This document shows, in pieces, positions 10,793 to 23,752 of a stretch of DNA of 64,000 bases. Source of the DNA: Mobula hypostoma (lineage: Eukaryota); contig NC_086109.1 in assembly GCF_963921235.1 (NCBI RefSeq), positions 124,001 to 188,000 on the forward strand, written 5' to 3'. A program made the position numbers and the translations under genes. Within the stretch, counting starts at the first letter, position 1, and each line of letters starts with the position of its first letter. Under the pieces are notes generated by a model. The model did no database searches, was not told the DNA's origin, and saw only the letters and a program-made list of their open reading frames with translations.

Positions 10793-11289
10793 AGTAGGGG
10801 GAGAGGGGCAGTGGGAGAAAGGGGTGTGAGGAGGGGGAAAGGGAAAAGGTTGTGCGGAGCGAGGGGAGAATGGGTGTGCGGAGGAGAGAGGTAAGGAAAC
10901 AGCAAGAGGGGAGGGGGAAGGGTATGAGGAAAGGGAGAAAGGGGTATGAGGAAAGGGAGAAAGGAGTGTGAGGGAAGGGAGGGGGAATGGGGAACAGGGT
11001 GTGGGGGAAAGTGGGGGGATGGAAGAAAGGAGGGAGAGGGTCAAAAGAGGAGGGGGAATGGGAAAGAAGAGTGGGAAGGGGAACAGTGAGGAGGAAGGGG
11101 TCACAGAGGTGTGGGTAAAAGGGAGGGGAATAGTGTATGGGGAAAAGGGAAGCATGAATAGGAGCAAGAAAAGGAAGGGGAGGATGGAAAGAGGAGGTGA
11201 AGGTACGGGGAAACGGGTAAACTGGAGGAGGTAGAAAGGAGTGGGGATGGGCAGCGGAAAAGGGGAGTGAGGAATGGGGTGAGGAGAAA

Positions 11290-14200
11290 GGAGAGTGGGG
11301 AATGGGAAGGGGAAAGGAGAGTGGGGAATGGGAAGGGGAAAGGAGAGTGGGGAATGGCAGGGGAAAGGAGAGTGGGGAATGGCAGGGGAATAGGGGAGTG
11401 TGGAATGGGCAGGGGAAAGGGAAGCGGGGAATGGGCAGGGGAAAGGGAAGCGGGGAATGGGCAGGGGAAAGGGAAGCGGGGAATGGGCAGGGGAAAGGGG
11501 AGTGGGGAATGGGCAGGGGAATAGGGGAGTGTGGAATGAGCAGGGGGAAAGGGGAGTGTGGAATGGGCAGGGGGAAAGGGGAGCGGGGAATGGGCAGGGG
11601 AAAGGGGAGCGGGGAATGGGCAGGGGGAAAGGGAGTGGGGAATGGGGAATGGGCAGGGGAATGGGGAATGGGCAGGGGGAATGGGGAATGGGCAGGGGGA
11701 AGGGGGAATGGGCAAGGGGAAAGGGGAGTGGGGAATGGGCAGGGTGAAAGGGGAGCGGGGAATGGGCAGGGGTAAAGGGGAGTGTGGAATGGGCAGGGGG
11801 AAAGGAGAGTGGGGAATGGGCAGGGGAAAGGAGAGTGGGGAATGGGCAGGGGAAGAAAGTGGGGAATGGGCAGGGGAAAGGGGAGTGGGGAATGGGCAGG
11901 GGAAAGGGGAGTGGGGAATGGGTAGGGGAATAGGGGAGTGTGGAATGGGCAGGGGAAAGGGAAGCGGGGAATGGGCAGGGGAAAGGGAAGCGGGGAATGG
12001 GCAGGGGAAAGGGAAGTGGGGAATGGGCAGGGGAAAGGGGAGCGGGGAATGGGCAGGGGAAAGGGGAGTGGGGAATGGGCAGGGGAATAGGGGAGTGTTA
12101 AATGGGCAGGGGAGTGGGGAATGGGCAGGGGAAAGGGAAGCAGGGAATGGGCAGGGGAAAGGGAAGCGGGGAATGGGCAGGGGGAAAGGGAAGCGGGGAA
12201 TGGGCAGGGGGAAAGGGGAGTGGGGAATGGGCAGGGGGAAAGGGGAGTGGGGAATGGGCAGGGGGAAAGGGGAGTGGGGAATGGGCAGGGGGAAAGGGAG
12301 TGGGGAATGGGCAGGGGGAAAGGGGAGTGGGGAATGGGCAGGGGAATAGGGGAGTGTGGAATGGGCAGGGGAAAGGGAAGCGGGGAATGGGCAGGGGAAA
12401 GGGAAGCGGGGAATGGGCAGCGGAAAGGGAAGCGGGGAATGGGCAGGGGAAAGGGGAGTGTGGAATGGGCATGGGGAAAGGGGAGTGGGGAATGGGCAGG
12501 AGAAAGGGAAGCGGGGAATGGGCAGGGGGAAAGGGAAGCGGGGAATGGGCAGGGGGAAAGGGAAGCGGGGAATGGGCAGGGGGAAAGGGGAGCGGGGAAT
12601 GGGCAGGGGGAAAGGGGAGTGGGGAATGGGCAGGGGAAAGGGGAGTGGGGAATGGACAGGGGGAAAGGGAGTGGGGAATGGGCAGGGGGAGTGGGGAATG
12701 GGCAGGGGGAATGGGGAATGGGCAGGGGGAAAGGGGAGTGTGGAATGGGCAGGGTGAAAGGGGAGCGGGAAATGGGCAGGGGGAAAGGGGAGTGTGGAAT
12801 GGGCAGGGGAAAGGAGAGTGGGGAATGGGTAGGGGAAGAAAGTGGGGAATGGGCAGGGGAAAAGGGGAGTGGGGGAAAGGGGAATGGGCAGGGGAAAGGA
12901 GAGTGGGGAATGGGCAGGGGAAAGGGGAGTGGGGAATGGGCAGGGGAAAGGGGAGTGGGGAATGGGTAGGGGAATAGGGGAGTGTGGAATGGGCAGGGGA
13001 AAGGGAAGCGGGGAATGGGCAGGGGAAAGGGGAGTGGGGAATGGGCAGGGGAAAGGGAAGCGGGGAATGGGCAGGGGAAAGGGAAGCGGGGAATGGGCAG
13101 GGGGAAAGGGGAGTGGGGAATGGGCAGGGGAAAGGGAAGAGGGGAATGGGCAGGGGAAAGGGAAGCGGGGAATGGGCAGGGGAAAGGGAGGGGAAGGGAG
13201 GGGGAATGGGCAGGGGAAAGGGGAGCGGGGAATGGGCAGGGGGAAAGGGGAGGGGAATGGGCAGGGGAAAGGGAAGCGGGGAATGGGCAGGGGAAAGAAA
13301 GGGCAGGGGAAAGGGAAGCGGGGAATGGGCAGGAGAAAGGGGAGTGGGGAATGGGCAGGGGAAAGGGAGTGGGGAATGGGGAATGGGCAGGGGGAAAGGG
13401 GAGTGGGGAATGGGCAGGGGGAAAGGGGAGTGGGGAATGGGCAGGGGAATAGGGGAGTGGGGAATGGGCAGGGGAATAGGGGAGTGGGGAATGGGCAGGG
13501 GAAAGGGAAGCGGGGAATGGGCAGGGGATAGGGAAGTGAGGAAAGGGAAGCGGGGAATGGGCAGGGGAAAGGGAAGTGGGGAAAGGGAAGCGGGGAATGG
13601 GCAGGGGAAAGGGGAGTGGGGAATGGGCAGGGGAAAGGGAAGCGGGGAATGGGCGGGAAGTGGGGAAAGGGAAGCGGGGAATGGGCAGGGGAAAGGGGAG
13701 CGGGGAATGGCAGGGGAAAGGGAAGTGGGGAAAGGGAAGCGGGGAATGGGCAGGAGAAAGGGGAGTGGGTAATGGGCAGGGGAAAGGGAGTGGGGAATGG
13801 GGAATGGGCAGGGGGAAAGGGGAGTGGGGAATGGGCAGGGGGAAAGGGGAGTGGGGAATGGGCAGGGGAATAGGGGAGTGGGGAATGGGCAGGGGATAGG
13901 GAAGTGGGGAAAGGGAAGCGGGGAATGGGCAGGGGAAAGGGAAGTGGGGAAAGGGAAGCGGGGAATGGGCAGGGGGAAAGGGGAGCGGGGAATGGGCAGG
14001 GGAAAGGGAAGTGGGGAATGGGCAGGGGGAAAGGGAGTGGGGAATGGGCAGGGGAAAGGGGAGTGGGGAATGGGCAGGGGAAAGGGGAGTGGGGAATGGG
14101 CAGGGGAAAGGGAGTGGGGAATGGGCAGGAGGAAAGGGGAGTGGGGAATGGGCAGGGGAATGGGCAGGGGGAAAGGGGAGTGGGGGAAAGGAGAGTGGGG

Positions 14201-17200
14201 AATGGGCAGGGGGAAAGGGAAGCGGGGAATGGGCAGGGGGAAAGGGAAGCGGGGAATGGGCAGGGGAAAGGGGAGTGGGGAATGGGCAGGGGAAAGGGGA
14301 GTGGGGAATGGACAGGGGAAAAGGGAGTGGGGAATGGGCAGGAGGAAAGGGGAGTGGGGAATGGGCAGGGGGAAAGGGAGTGGGGAATGGGCAGGGGAAA
14401 GGGGAGTGGGGAATGGGCAGGGGAAAGGGGAGTGGGGAATGGACAGGGGAAAAGGGAGTGGGGAATGGGCAGGGGGAATGGGGAATGGGCAGGAGGAAAG
14501 GGGAGTGTGGAATGGGCAGGGGAAAGGGGAGTGGGGAATGGGCAGGGGAAAGGGGAGTGGGGAATGGGCAGGGGAAAGGGAAGCGGGGAATGGGCAGGGG
14601 GAAAGGGAAGCGGGGAATGGGCAGGGGGAAAGGGGAGCGGGGAATGGGCAGGGGGAAAGGGGAGTGGGGAATGGGCAGGGGAAAGGGGAGTGGGGAATGG
14701 ACAGGGGGAAAGGGAGTGGGGAATGGGCAGGGGGAGTGGGGAATGGGCAGGGGGAATGGGGAATGGGCAGGGGGAAAGGGGAGTGTGGAATGGGCAGGGT
14801 GAAAGGGGAGCGGGGAATGGGCAGGGGGAAAGGGGAGTGTGGAATGGGCAGGGGAAAGGAGAGTGGGGAATGGGTAGGGGAAGAAAGTGGGGAATGGGCA
14901 GGGGAAAGGAGAGTGGGGAATGGGCAGGGGAAAGGGGAGTGGGGAATGGGTAGGGGAATAGGGGAGTGTGGAATGGGCAGGGGAAAGCGAAGCGGGGAAT
15001 GGGCAGGGGAAAGGGGAGTGGGGAATGGGCAGGGGAAAGGGAAGCGGGGAATGGGCAGGGGAAAGGGAAGCGGGGAATGGGCAGGGGGAAAGGGGAGTGG
15101 GGAATGGGCAGGGGAAAGGGAAGCGGGGAATGGGCAGGGGAAAGGGGAGTGTGGAATGGGCAGGGGGAAAGGGGAGCGGGGAATGGGCAGGGGAAAGGGA
15201 AGCGGGGAATGGGCAGGGGGAAAGGGCAGGGGAAAGCGGGGAATGGGCAGGAGAAAGGGGAGTGGGGAATGGGCAGGGGAAAGGGAGTGGGGAATGGGGA
15301 ATGGGCAGGGGGAAAGGGGAGTGGGGAATGGGCAGGGGGAAAGGGGAGTGGGGAATGGGCAGGGGAATAGGGGAGTGGGGAATGGGCAGGGGAATAGGGG
15401 AGTGGGGAATGGGCAGGGGAATAGGGGAGTGGGGAATGGGCAGGGGAATAGGGGAGTGGGGAATGGGCAGGGGAAAGGGAAGCGGGGAATGGGCAGGGGA
15501 TAGGGAAGTGAGGAAAGGGAAGCGGGGAATGGGCAGGGGAAAGGGAAGTGGGGAAAGGGAAGCGGGGAATGGGCAGGGGGAAAGGGGAGCGGGGAATGGG
15601 CAGGGGAAAGGGAAGTGGGGAAAGGGAAGCGGGGAATGGGCAGGAGAAAGGGGAGTGGGTAATGGGCAGGGGAAAGGGAGTGGGGAATGGGGAATGGGCA
15701 GGGGGAAAGGGGAGTGGGGAATGGGCAGGGGGAAAGGGGAGTGGGGAATGGGGAGTGGGGAATGGGCAGGGGAATAGGGGAGTGGGGAATGGGCAGGGGA
15801 TAGGGAAGTGGGGAAACGGAAGCGGGGAATGGGCAGGGGAAAGGGAAGTGGGGAAAGGGAAGCGGGAAAGGGAAGCGGGGAATGGGCAGGGGGAAAGGGG
15901 AGCGGGGAATGGGCAGGGGAAAGGGAAGTGGGGAATGGGCAGGGGGAAAGGGAGTGGGGAATGGGCAGGGGAAAGGGGAGTGGGGAATGGGCAGGGGAAA
16001 GGGGAGTGGGGAATGGGCAGGGGAAAGGGAGTGGGGAATGGGCAGGAGGAAAGGGGAGTGGGGAATGGGCAGGGGAAAGGGGAGTGGGGAATGGGCAGGG
16101 GGAAAGGGGAGTGGGGGAAAGGAGAGTGGGGAATGGGCAGGGGGAAAGGGAAGCGGGGAATGGGCAGGGGGAAAGGGAAGCGGGGAATGGGCAGGGGGAA
16201 AGGGAAGCGGGGAATGGGCAGGGGAAAGGGGAGTGGGGAATGGGCAGGGGAAAGGGGAGTGGGGAATGGGCAGGGGAAAGGGGAGTGGGGAATGGGCAGG
16301 GGAAAGGGGAGTGGGGAATGGACAGGGGAAAAGGGAGTGGGGAATGGGCAGGAGGAAAGGGGAGTGGGGAATGGGCAGGGGGAAAGGGAGTGGGGAATGG
16401 GCAGGGGAAAGGGGAGTGGGGAATGGGCAGGGGAAAGGGGAGTGGGGAATGGACAGGGGAAAAGGGAGTGGGGAATGGGCAGGGGGAATGGGGAATGGGC
16501 AGGAGGAAAGGGGAGTGTGGAATGGGCAGGGGAAAGGGGAGTGGGGAATGGGCAGGGGAAAGGGGAGTGGGGAATGGGCAGGGGAAAGGGGAGTGGGGAA
16601 TGGGCAGGGGAGTGGGGAATGGGCAGGAGGAAAGGGGAGTGTGGAATGGGCAGGGGAAAGGGGAGTGGGGAATGGGCAGGGGGAAAGGGGAGTGGGCGAA
16701 AGGAGAGTGGGGAATGGGCAGGGGGAAAGGGAAGCGGGGAATGGGCAGGGGAATGGGCAGGGGGAAAGGGAAGCGGGGAATGGGCAGGGGAAAGGGGAGT
16801 GGGGAATGGGCAGGGGAAAGGGGAGTGGGGAATGGGCAGGGGAAAGGGGAGTGGGGAATGGGCAGGGGAAAGGGGAGTGGGGAATGGACAGGGGAAAAGG
16901 GAGTGGGGAATGGGCAGGGGGAATGGGCAGGAGGAAAGGGGAGTGGGGAATGGGCAGGGGTAAAGGGAGTGGGGAATGGGCAGGGGAAAGGGGAGTGGGG
17001 AATGGGCAGGGGAAAGGGGAGTGGGGAATGGGCAGGGGAAGAGAGTGGGGAATGGCAGGGGAATAGGGGAGTGTGGAATGGGCAGGGGAAAGGGAAGCGG
17101 GGAATGGGCAGGGGAAAGGGAAGCGGGGAATGGGCAGGGGAAAGGGAAGTGGGGAATGGGCAGGGGAAAGGGGAGTGGGGAATGGGCAGGGGAAAGGGGA

Positions 17201-20200
17201 GTGGGGAATGGGTAGGGGAATAGGGGAGTGTGGAATGGGCAGGGGAAAGGGAAGCGGGGAATGGGCAGGGGAAAGGGAAGCGGGGAATGGGCAGGGGAAA
17301 GGGAAGCGGGGAATGGGCAGGGGAAAGGGGAGTGGGGAATGGGCAGGGGAAAGGGGAGTGGGGAATGGGCAGGGGAATAGGGGAGTGTTAAATGGGCAGG
17401 GGAGTGGGGAATGGGCAGGGGAATAGGGAGTGGGGAATGGGCAGGGGAAGGGAAGTGGGGAAAGGGAGCGGGGAATGGGCAGGGGAAAGGGAAGGGGAAA
17501 GGGAAGCGGGGAATGGGCAGGGGAAAGGGAAGCGGGGAATGGGCAGGGGAAAGGGGAAAGGGAAGTGGGGAAAGGGAAGCGGGGAATGGGCAGGAGAAAG
17601 GGGAGTGGGGAATGGGCAGGGGAAAGGGAGTGGGGAATGGGGAATGGGCAGGGGGAAAGGGGAGTGGGGAATGGGCAGGGGGAAAGGGGAGTGGGGAATG
17701 GGCAGGGGAATAGGGGAGTGGGGAATGGGCAGGGGAATAGGGGAGTGGGGAATGGGCAGGGGAAAGGGAAGCGGGGAATGGGCAGGGGATAGGGAAGTGG
17801 GGAAAGGGAAGCGGGGTATGGGCAGGGGAAAGGGAAGTGGGGAAAGGGAAGCGGGAAAGGGAGTGGGGAATGGGCAGGGGAAAGGGGAGTGGGGAATGGG
17901 CAGCGGAAAGGGGAGTGGGGAATGGACAGGGGAAAGGGAGTGGGGAATGGGCAGGGGGAATGGGCAGGAGGAAAGGGGAGTGTGGAATGGGCAGGGGAAA
18001 GGGGAGTGGGGAATGGGTAGGGGAAGAAAGTGGGGAATGGGCAGGGGAAAAGGGGAGTGGGGGAAAGGGGAATGGGCAGGGGAAAGGAGAGTGGGGAATG
18101 GGCAGGGGAAAGGGGAGTGGGGAATGGGTAGGGGAATAGGGGAGTGTGGAATGGGCAGGGGAAAGGGAAGCGGGGAATGGGCAGGGGAAAGGGGAGTGGG
18201 GAATGGGCAGGGGAAAGGGAGTGGGGAATGGGGAATTTGGGAATGGGCAGGGGGAAAGGGGAGTGGGGAATGGGCAGGGGAATAGGGGAGTGTGGAATGG
18301 GCAGGGGAAAGGGAAGCGGGGAATGGGCAGGGGAAAGGGAAGCGGGGAATGGGCAGGGGAAAGGGAAGCGGGGAATGGGCAGGGGAAAGGGAAGTGGGGA
18401 AAGGGAAGCGGGGAATGGGCAGGGGAAAGGGGAGTGTGGAATGGGCAGGGGGAAAGGGGAGTGGGGAATGGGCAGGGGAATAGGGGAGTGGGGAATGGGC
18501 AGGGGAATAGGGGAGTGGGGAATGGGCAGGGGAATAGGGGAGTGGGGAATGGGCAGGGGAAAGGGAAGCGGGGAATGGGCAGGGGATAGGGAAGTGGGGA
18601 AAGGGAAGCGGGGAATGGGCAGGGGGAAAGGGGAGCGGGGAATGGGCAGGGGAAAGGGAAGTGGGGAATGGGCAGGGGGAAAGGGAGTGGGGAATGGGCA
18701 GGGGAAAGGGGAGTGGGGAATGGGCAGGGGAAAGGGGAGTGGGGAATGGGCAGGGGAAAGGGGAGTGGGGAATGGACAGGGGAAAGGGAGTGGGGAATGG
18801 GCAGGGGGAATGGGCAGGAGGAAAGGGGAGTGTGGAATGGGCAGGGGACAGGGGAGTGGGGAATGGGTAGGGGAAGAAAGTGGGGAATGGGCAGGGGAAA
18901 AGGGGAGTGGGGGAAAGGGGAATGGGCAGGGGAAAGGAGAGTGGGGAATGGGCAGGGGAAAGGGGAGTGGGGAATGGGTAGGGGAATAGGGGAGTGTGGA
19001 ATGGGCAGGGGAAAGGGAAGCGGGGAAAGGGCAGGGGGAATGGGCAGGGGAAAGGGAAGCGGGGAATGGGCAGGGGAAAGGGAAGTGGGGAAAGGGAAGC
19101 GGGGAATGGGCAGGGGAAAGGGGAGTGTGGAATGGGCAGGGGGAAAGGGGAGTGGGGAATGGGCAGGGGGAAAGGGGAGTGGGGAATGGGCAGGGGAATA
19201 GGGGAGTGGGGAATGGGCAGGGGAATAGGGGAGTGGGGAATGGGCAGGGGAAAGGGAAGCGGGGAATGGGCAGGGGATAGGGAAGTGGGGAAAGGGAAGC
19301 GGGGAATGGGCAGGGGAAAGGGAAGTGGGGAAAGGGAAGCGGGAAAGGGAAGCGGGGAATGGGCAGGGGGAAAGGGGAGCGGGGAATGGGCAGGGGAAAG
19401 GGAAGTGGGGAATGGGCAGGGGGAAAGGGAGTGGGGAATGGGCAGGGGAAAGGGGAGTGGGGAATGGGCAGGGGAAAGGGGAGTGGGGAATGGGCAGGGG
19501 AAAGGGGAGTGGGGAATGGGCAGGGGAAAGGGGAGTGGGGAATGGACAGGGGAAAGGGAGTGGGGAATGGGCAGGAGGAAAGGGGAGTGTGGAATGGGCA
19601 GGGGAAAGGGGAGTGGGGAATGGGTAGGGGAAGAAAGTGGGGAATGGGCAGGGGAAAAGGGGAGTGGGGGAAAGGGGAATGGGCAGGGGAAAGGAGAGTG
19701 GGGAATGGGCAGGGGAAAGGGGAGTGGGGAATGGGTAGGGGAATAGGGGAGTGTGGAATGGGCAGGGGAAAGGGAAGCGGGGAATGGGCAGGGGAAAGGG
19801 GAGTGGGGAATGGGCAGGGGAAAGGGAGTGGGGAATGGGGAATTTGGGAATGGGCAGGGGGAAAGGGGAGTGGGGAATGGGCAGGGGAATAGGGGAGTGT
19901 GGAATGGGCAGGGGAAAGGGAAGCGGGGAATGGGCAGGGGAAAGGGAAGCGGGGAATGGGCAGGGGAAAGGGAAGCGGGGAATGGGCAGGGGAAAGGGAA
20001 GTGGGGAAAGGGAAGCGGGGAATGGGCAGGGGAAAGGGGAGTGTGGAATGGGCAGGGGGAAAGGGGAGCGGGGAATGGGCAGGGGAAAGGGAAGCGGGGA
20101 ATGGGCAGGGGGAAAGGGCAGGGGAAAGGGAAGCGGGGAATGGGCAGGAGAAAGGGGAGTGGGGAATGGGCAGGGGAAAGGGAGTGGGGAATGGGGAATG

Positions 20201-21735
20201 GGCAGGGGGAAGGGGAGTGGGGAATGGGCAGGGGAGTGGGGAATGGGCAGGGGAATAGAGGAGTGGGGAATGGGCAGGGGATAGGGAAGTGGGGAAAGGG
20301 AAGCGGGGAATGGGCAGGGGAAAGGGAAGTGGGGAAAGGGAAGCGGGGAATGGGCAGGGGGAAAGGGGAGCGGAGAATGGGCAGGGGAAAGGGAAGTGGG
20401 GAAAGGGAAGCGGGGAATGGGCAGGAGAAAGGGGAGTGGGGAATGGGCAGGGGAAAGGGAGTGGGGAATGGGGAATGGGCAGGGGGAAAGGGGAGTGGGG
20501 AATGGGCAGGGGAATAGGGGAGTGGGGAATGGGCAGGGGAATAGGGGAGTGGGGAATGGGCAGGGGAATAGGGGAGTGGGGAATGGGCAGGGGAAAGGGA
20601 AGCGGGGAATGGGCAGGGGATAGGGAAGTGGGGAAAGGGAAGCGGGGAATGGGCAGGGGAAAGGGAAGTGGGGAAAGGGAAGCGGGAAAGGGAAGCGGGG
20701 AATGGGCAGGGGGAAAGGGGAGCGGGGAATGGGCAGGGGAAAGGGAAGTGGGGAATGGGCAGGGGGAAAGGGAGTGGGGAATGGGCAGGGGAAAGGGGAG
20801 TGGGGAATGGGCAGGGGAAAGGGGAGTGGGGAATGGACAGGGGAAAGGGAGTGGGGAATGGGCAGGGGGAATGGGCAGGAGGAAAGGGGAGTGTGGAATG
20901 GGCAGGGGAAAGGGGAGTGGGGGAAAGGGGAGTGGGGAATGGGCAGGGGGAAAGGGCAGGGGAAAGGGAAGCGGGGAATGGGCAGGGGAAAGGGGGCAGG
21001 GGAATGGGCAGGGGAAAGGGAAGCGGGGAATGGGCAGGGGGAAAGGGAAGCGGGGAATGGGCAGGGGGAAAGGGGAGCGGGGAATGGGCAGGGGAAAGGG
21101 GAGTGGGGAATGGGCAGGGGGAAAGGGAGTGGGGAATGGGCAGGGGAAAGGGGAGTGGGGAATGGGCAGGGGAAAGGGGAGTGGGGAATGGACAGGGGAA
21201 AAGGGAGTGGGGAATGGGCAGGGGGAATGGGGAATGGGCAGGAGGAAAGGGGAGTGGGGAATGGGCAGGGGGAAAGGGAGTGGGGAATGGGCAGGGGAAA
21301 GGGGAGTGGGGAATGGGCAGGGGAAAGGGGAGTGGGGAATGGACAGGGGAAAAGGGAGTGGGGAATGGGCAGGGGGAATGGGGAATGGGCAGGAGGAAAG
21401 GGGAGTGTGGAATGGGCAGGGGAAAGGGGAGTGGGGAATGGGCAGGGGAAAGGGGAGTGGGGAATGGGCAGGGTGAAAGGGGAGTGGGGAATGGGCAGGG
21501 GGAAAGGGGACTGGGGGAAAGGAGAGTGGGGAATAGGCAGGGGAAGAGAGTGGGGAATGGGCAGGGCGAAAGGGGAATGGGCAGGGGAAAGGAGAGTGGG
21601 GAATGGGCAGGGGAAAGAGGAGTGGGGGAAAGGGGCAGGGGAAAGGGGAGTGGGGGAAAGGAGAGTGGGGAATGGGCAGGGGAAAGGGGAGTAGGGAATG
21701 GGCAGGGGAAAGGGGAGTGGGGGAAAGGAGAGTGA
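11290..21735. repeat. G-rich minisatellite, ~26-bp unit GGGGAATGGGCAGGGGAAAGGGGAGT with variants (GGGAAGC, AATAGG), ~10.5 kb
   Basis: Directly visible tandem array, preceded by a looser G/A-rich flank from ~10795. Confidence 0.97.
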
Positions 21736-21829
21736 GGAATGGGGAGTGAGGGGGGGAATTGGAGTTGAAATAAAATGGGGAAAGGGGAGTGTAAATGGGG
21801 GGGAAGGACGTGGGTAAGAGCAGGCACAT

Positions 21830-22395
21830 TTCTTGCACACACAATCTCTCTTTCTCATGCACACAGTCTCTCACGCAGTCTCCCTTTCTCACACATGATC
21901 TCTCACGCAGTGTCTCCCTTTCTCATACAAGCACAGCCTCTCTTTCTCATGCAGTCTCACTTTCTCATACACGTACAGTCTCTAATGCACGGCTTCCCTT
22001 TCTCATACATACAGTCTCTCCCTTTCTCAAACACATAGAATCTCACGTACGGTTTCCCTTCCATTACACGTACTGTCTCTCCCATGCAGTATCTCCCTTT
22101 CTCATACATGCACAGTCTCTCTCACGCAGTTTCACTTTCTCATACATGCAGTCTCTTTCCCAGACACGCATTCTGTCTCATACACGCAGTCTCTCTCATG
22201 CATGCAGTCTTTGTCATACACACGCAGTCTCTTTCTCAGAGATGCACAATCTCCCTCTCATACAGAGTCTCTATTCCTCATACATGCGCAGTCTTTCTCA
22301 TACTCAGTCTCCATCACAGTCTCTCCCTCTCACACACACTGTCCCTCTCACATGCAGTCTCTCTTCCTCTAACACATCGTCTCTCTCATGCACAC
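21830..22395. repeat. Degenerate CA/CT compound repeat (ctttctcatacatgcagtctct-like)
   Basis: Recurrent cagtctctc and tctcataca motifs resembling the 28-63 kb satellite. Confidence 0.75.
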
Positions 22396-22588
22396 AGATT
22401 GAGGAGCATGCCAGCTCCCTCTGGCTTCCATTTAGCTGTTAACTTTACAGCGCTGGTAAAGTTTATATCTAGCATGCAGTAACCAGGCCATCATTTCTTT
22501 GTCCTTGGGTCACCATGGGCCAGGTAGACGAAAGAGAAAGCTGTAAGTGGTTTAAGGAATAAAGTGGAATTGCTTGACCAGTGACATG

Positions 22589-23752
22589 TTTGACAAGGTA
22601 CCGCATGGGAGGTTAGTTAGGAAAATTCAGTCACTAGGTATACATGGAGAGGTGGTAAATTGGATTAGACATTGGCTCAATGGAAGAAGTCAAAGAGTGG
22701 TGGTAGAGAATTGCTTCTCCGAGTGGAGGCCTGTGACTAGTGGTATGCCACAGGGATCAGTGCTGGGTCCATTGTTATTTGTCATTTATATCAATGATCT
22801 GGATGATAATGTGGTAAATTGGATCAGCAAATTTGCTGATGATACAAAGATTGGAGGTGTAGTAGACAGTCAGGAAGGTTTTCAGAGCTTGCAGAGGGAC
22901 ATGGACCAGCTGGAAAAATGGGATGAAAAATGGCAAATGGAGTTTAATACAGACAAGTGTGAGGTATTGCACTTTGGAAGGACAAACCAAGGTAGAACAT
23001 ACAGGGTAAATGGTAAGGCAGTGAGGAGTGCAGAAGAACAGAGGGATCTGGGAATACAGATACAAAATTCCCTAAAAGTGGCATCACAAGTAGATAGGGT
23101 CGTAAAGAGAGCTTTTGGTACATTGGCCTTTATTAATCAAAGTATTGAGTATAAGAGCTGGAATGTTATGATGAAGTTGTATAAGGCATTGGTGAGGCTG
23201 AATCTGGAGTATTGTGTTCAGTTTTGGTCACCAAATTACAGGAAGGATATTAATAAAGTTGAATGAGTGCAGAGAAGGTTTACAAGGATGTTGCCGGGAC
23301 TTGAGAAACTCAGTTACAGAGAAAAGTTGAATAGGTGAGGACTTTATTCCCTGGAGCGTAGAAGAATGAGGGGAGATTTGATAGAGGTATATAAAATTAT
23401 GATGGGTATAGACAGAGTGAATGCAAGCAGGCTTTTTCCACTGAGGGAAGGGGAGAAAAAAATCAGAGGACATGGGTTAAGGGTGAGGGGGGAAAAGTTT
23501 AAAGGGAACATTGGGGGGGAGCTTCTTCACAGAGAGTGGTGGGAGTATGGAATGAGCTGCCAGACGAGGTGGTAAATGTGGGTTCTTTTTTAACATTTAA
23601 GAATAAATTGGACAGATACATGGATGGGAGATGTATGGAGGGATATGGTCCGTGTGCAGGTCAGTGGGACTAGGCAGAAAATGGTTCGGCACAGCCAAGA
23701 AGGGCCAAAAGGCCTGTTTCTGTGCTGTAGTTTTTCATGGTTTCTATGTTAC
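22589..23752 (+). mobile_element. 5'-truncated CR1 LINE with intact 3' end
   Basis: ORF 22574..23266 contains FDKVPHGRL, VTSGMPQGSVLGPLLFVIYINDL, KFADDTK and LEYCVQFWSP. After a stop it continues RGDLIEVYKIM and RGHGLRV. The 3' tail is tgtgctgtagtttttcatggtttctatgtt. It is flanked by CATG at 22585-22588 and 23753-23756. Confidence 0.96.

Noticed and set aside
11290..21735. Telomeric repeat or immunoglobulin switch region
   Set aside because: There is no TTAGGG array, no AGCT-rich switch pentamers and no Ig exons in the window.
11101..21892. Very long Pro-rich ORFs (3587, 3264 and 1484 aa) and Gly-rich + strand ORFs
   Set aside because: All three frames are open and give the same peptides because the 26-bp unit lacks stops. 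Units are not multiples of 3, and there is no unique domain.
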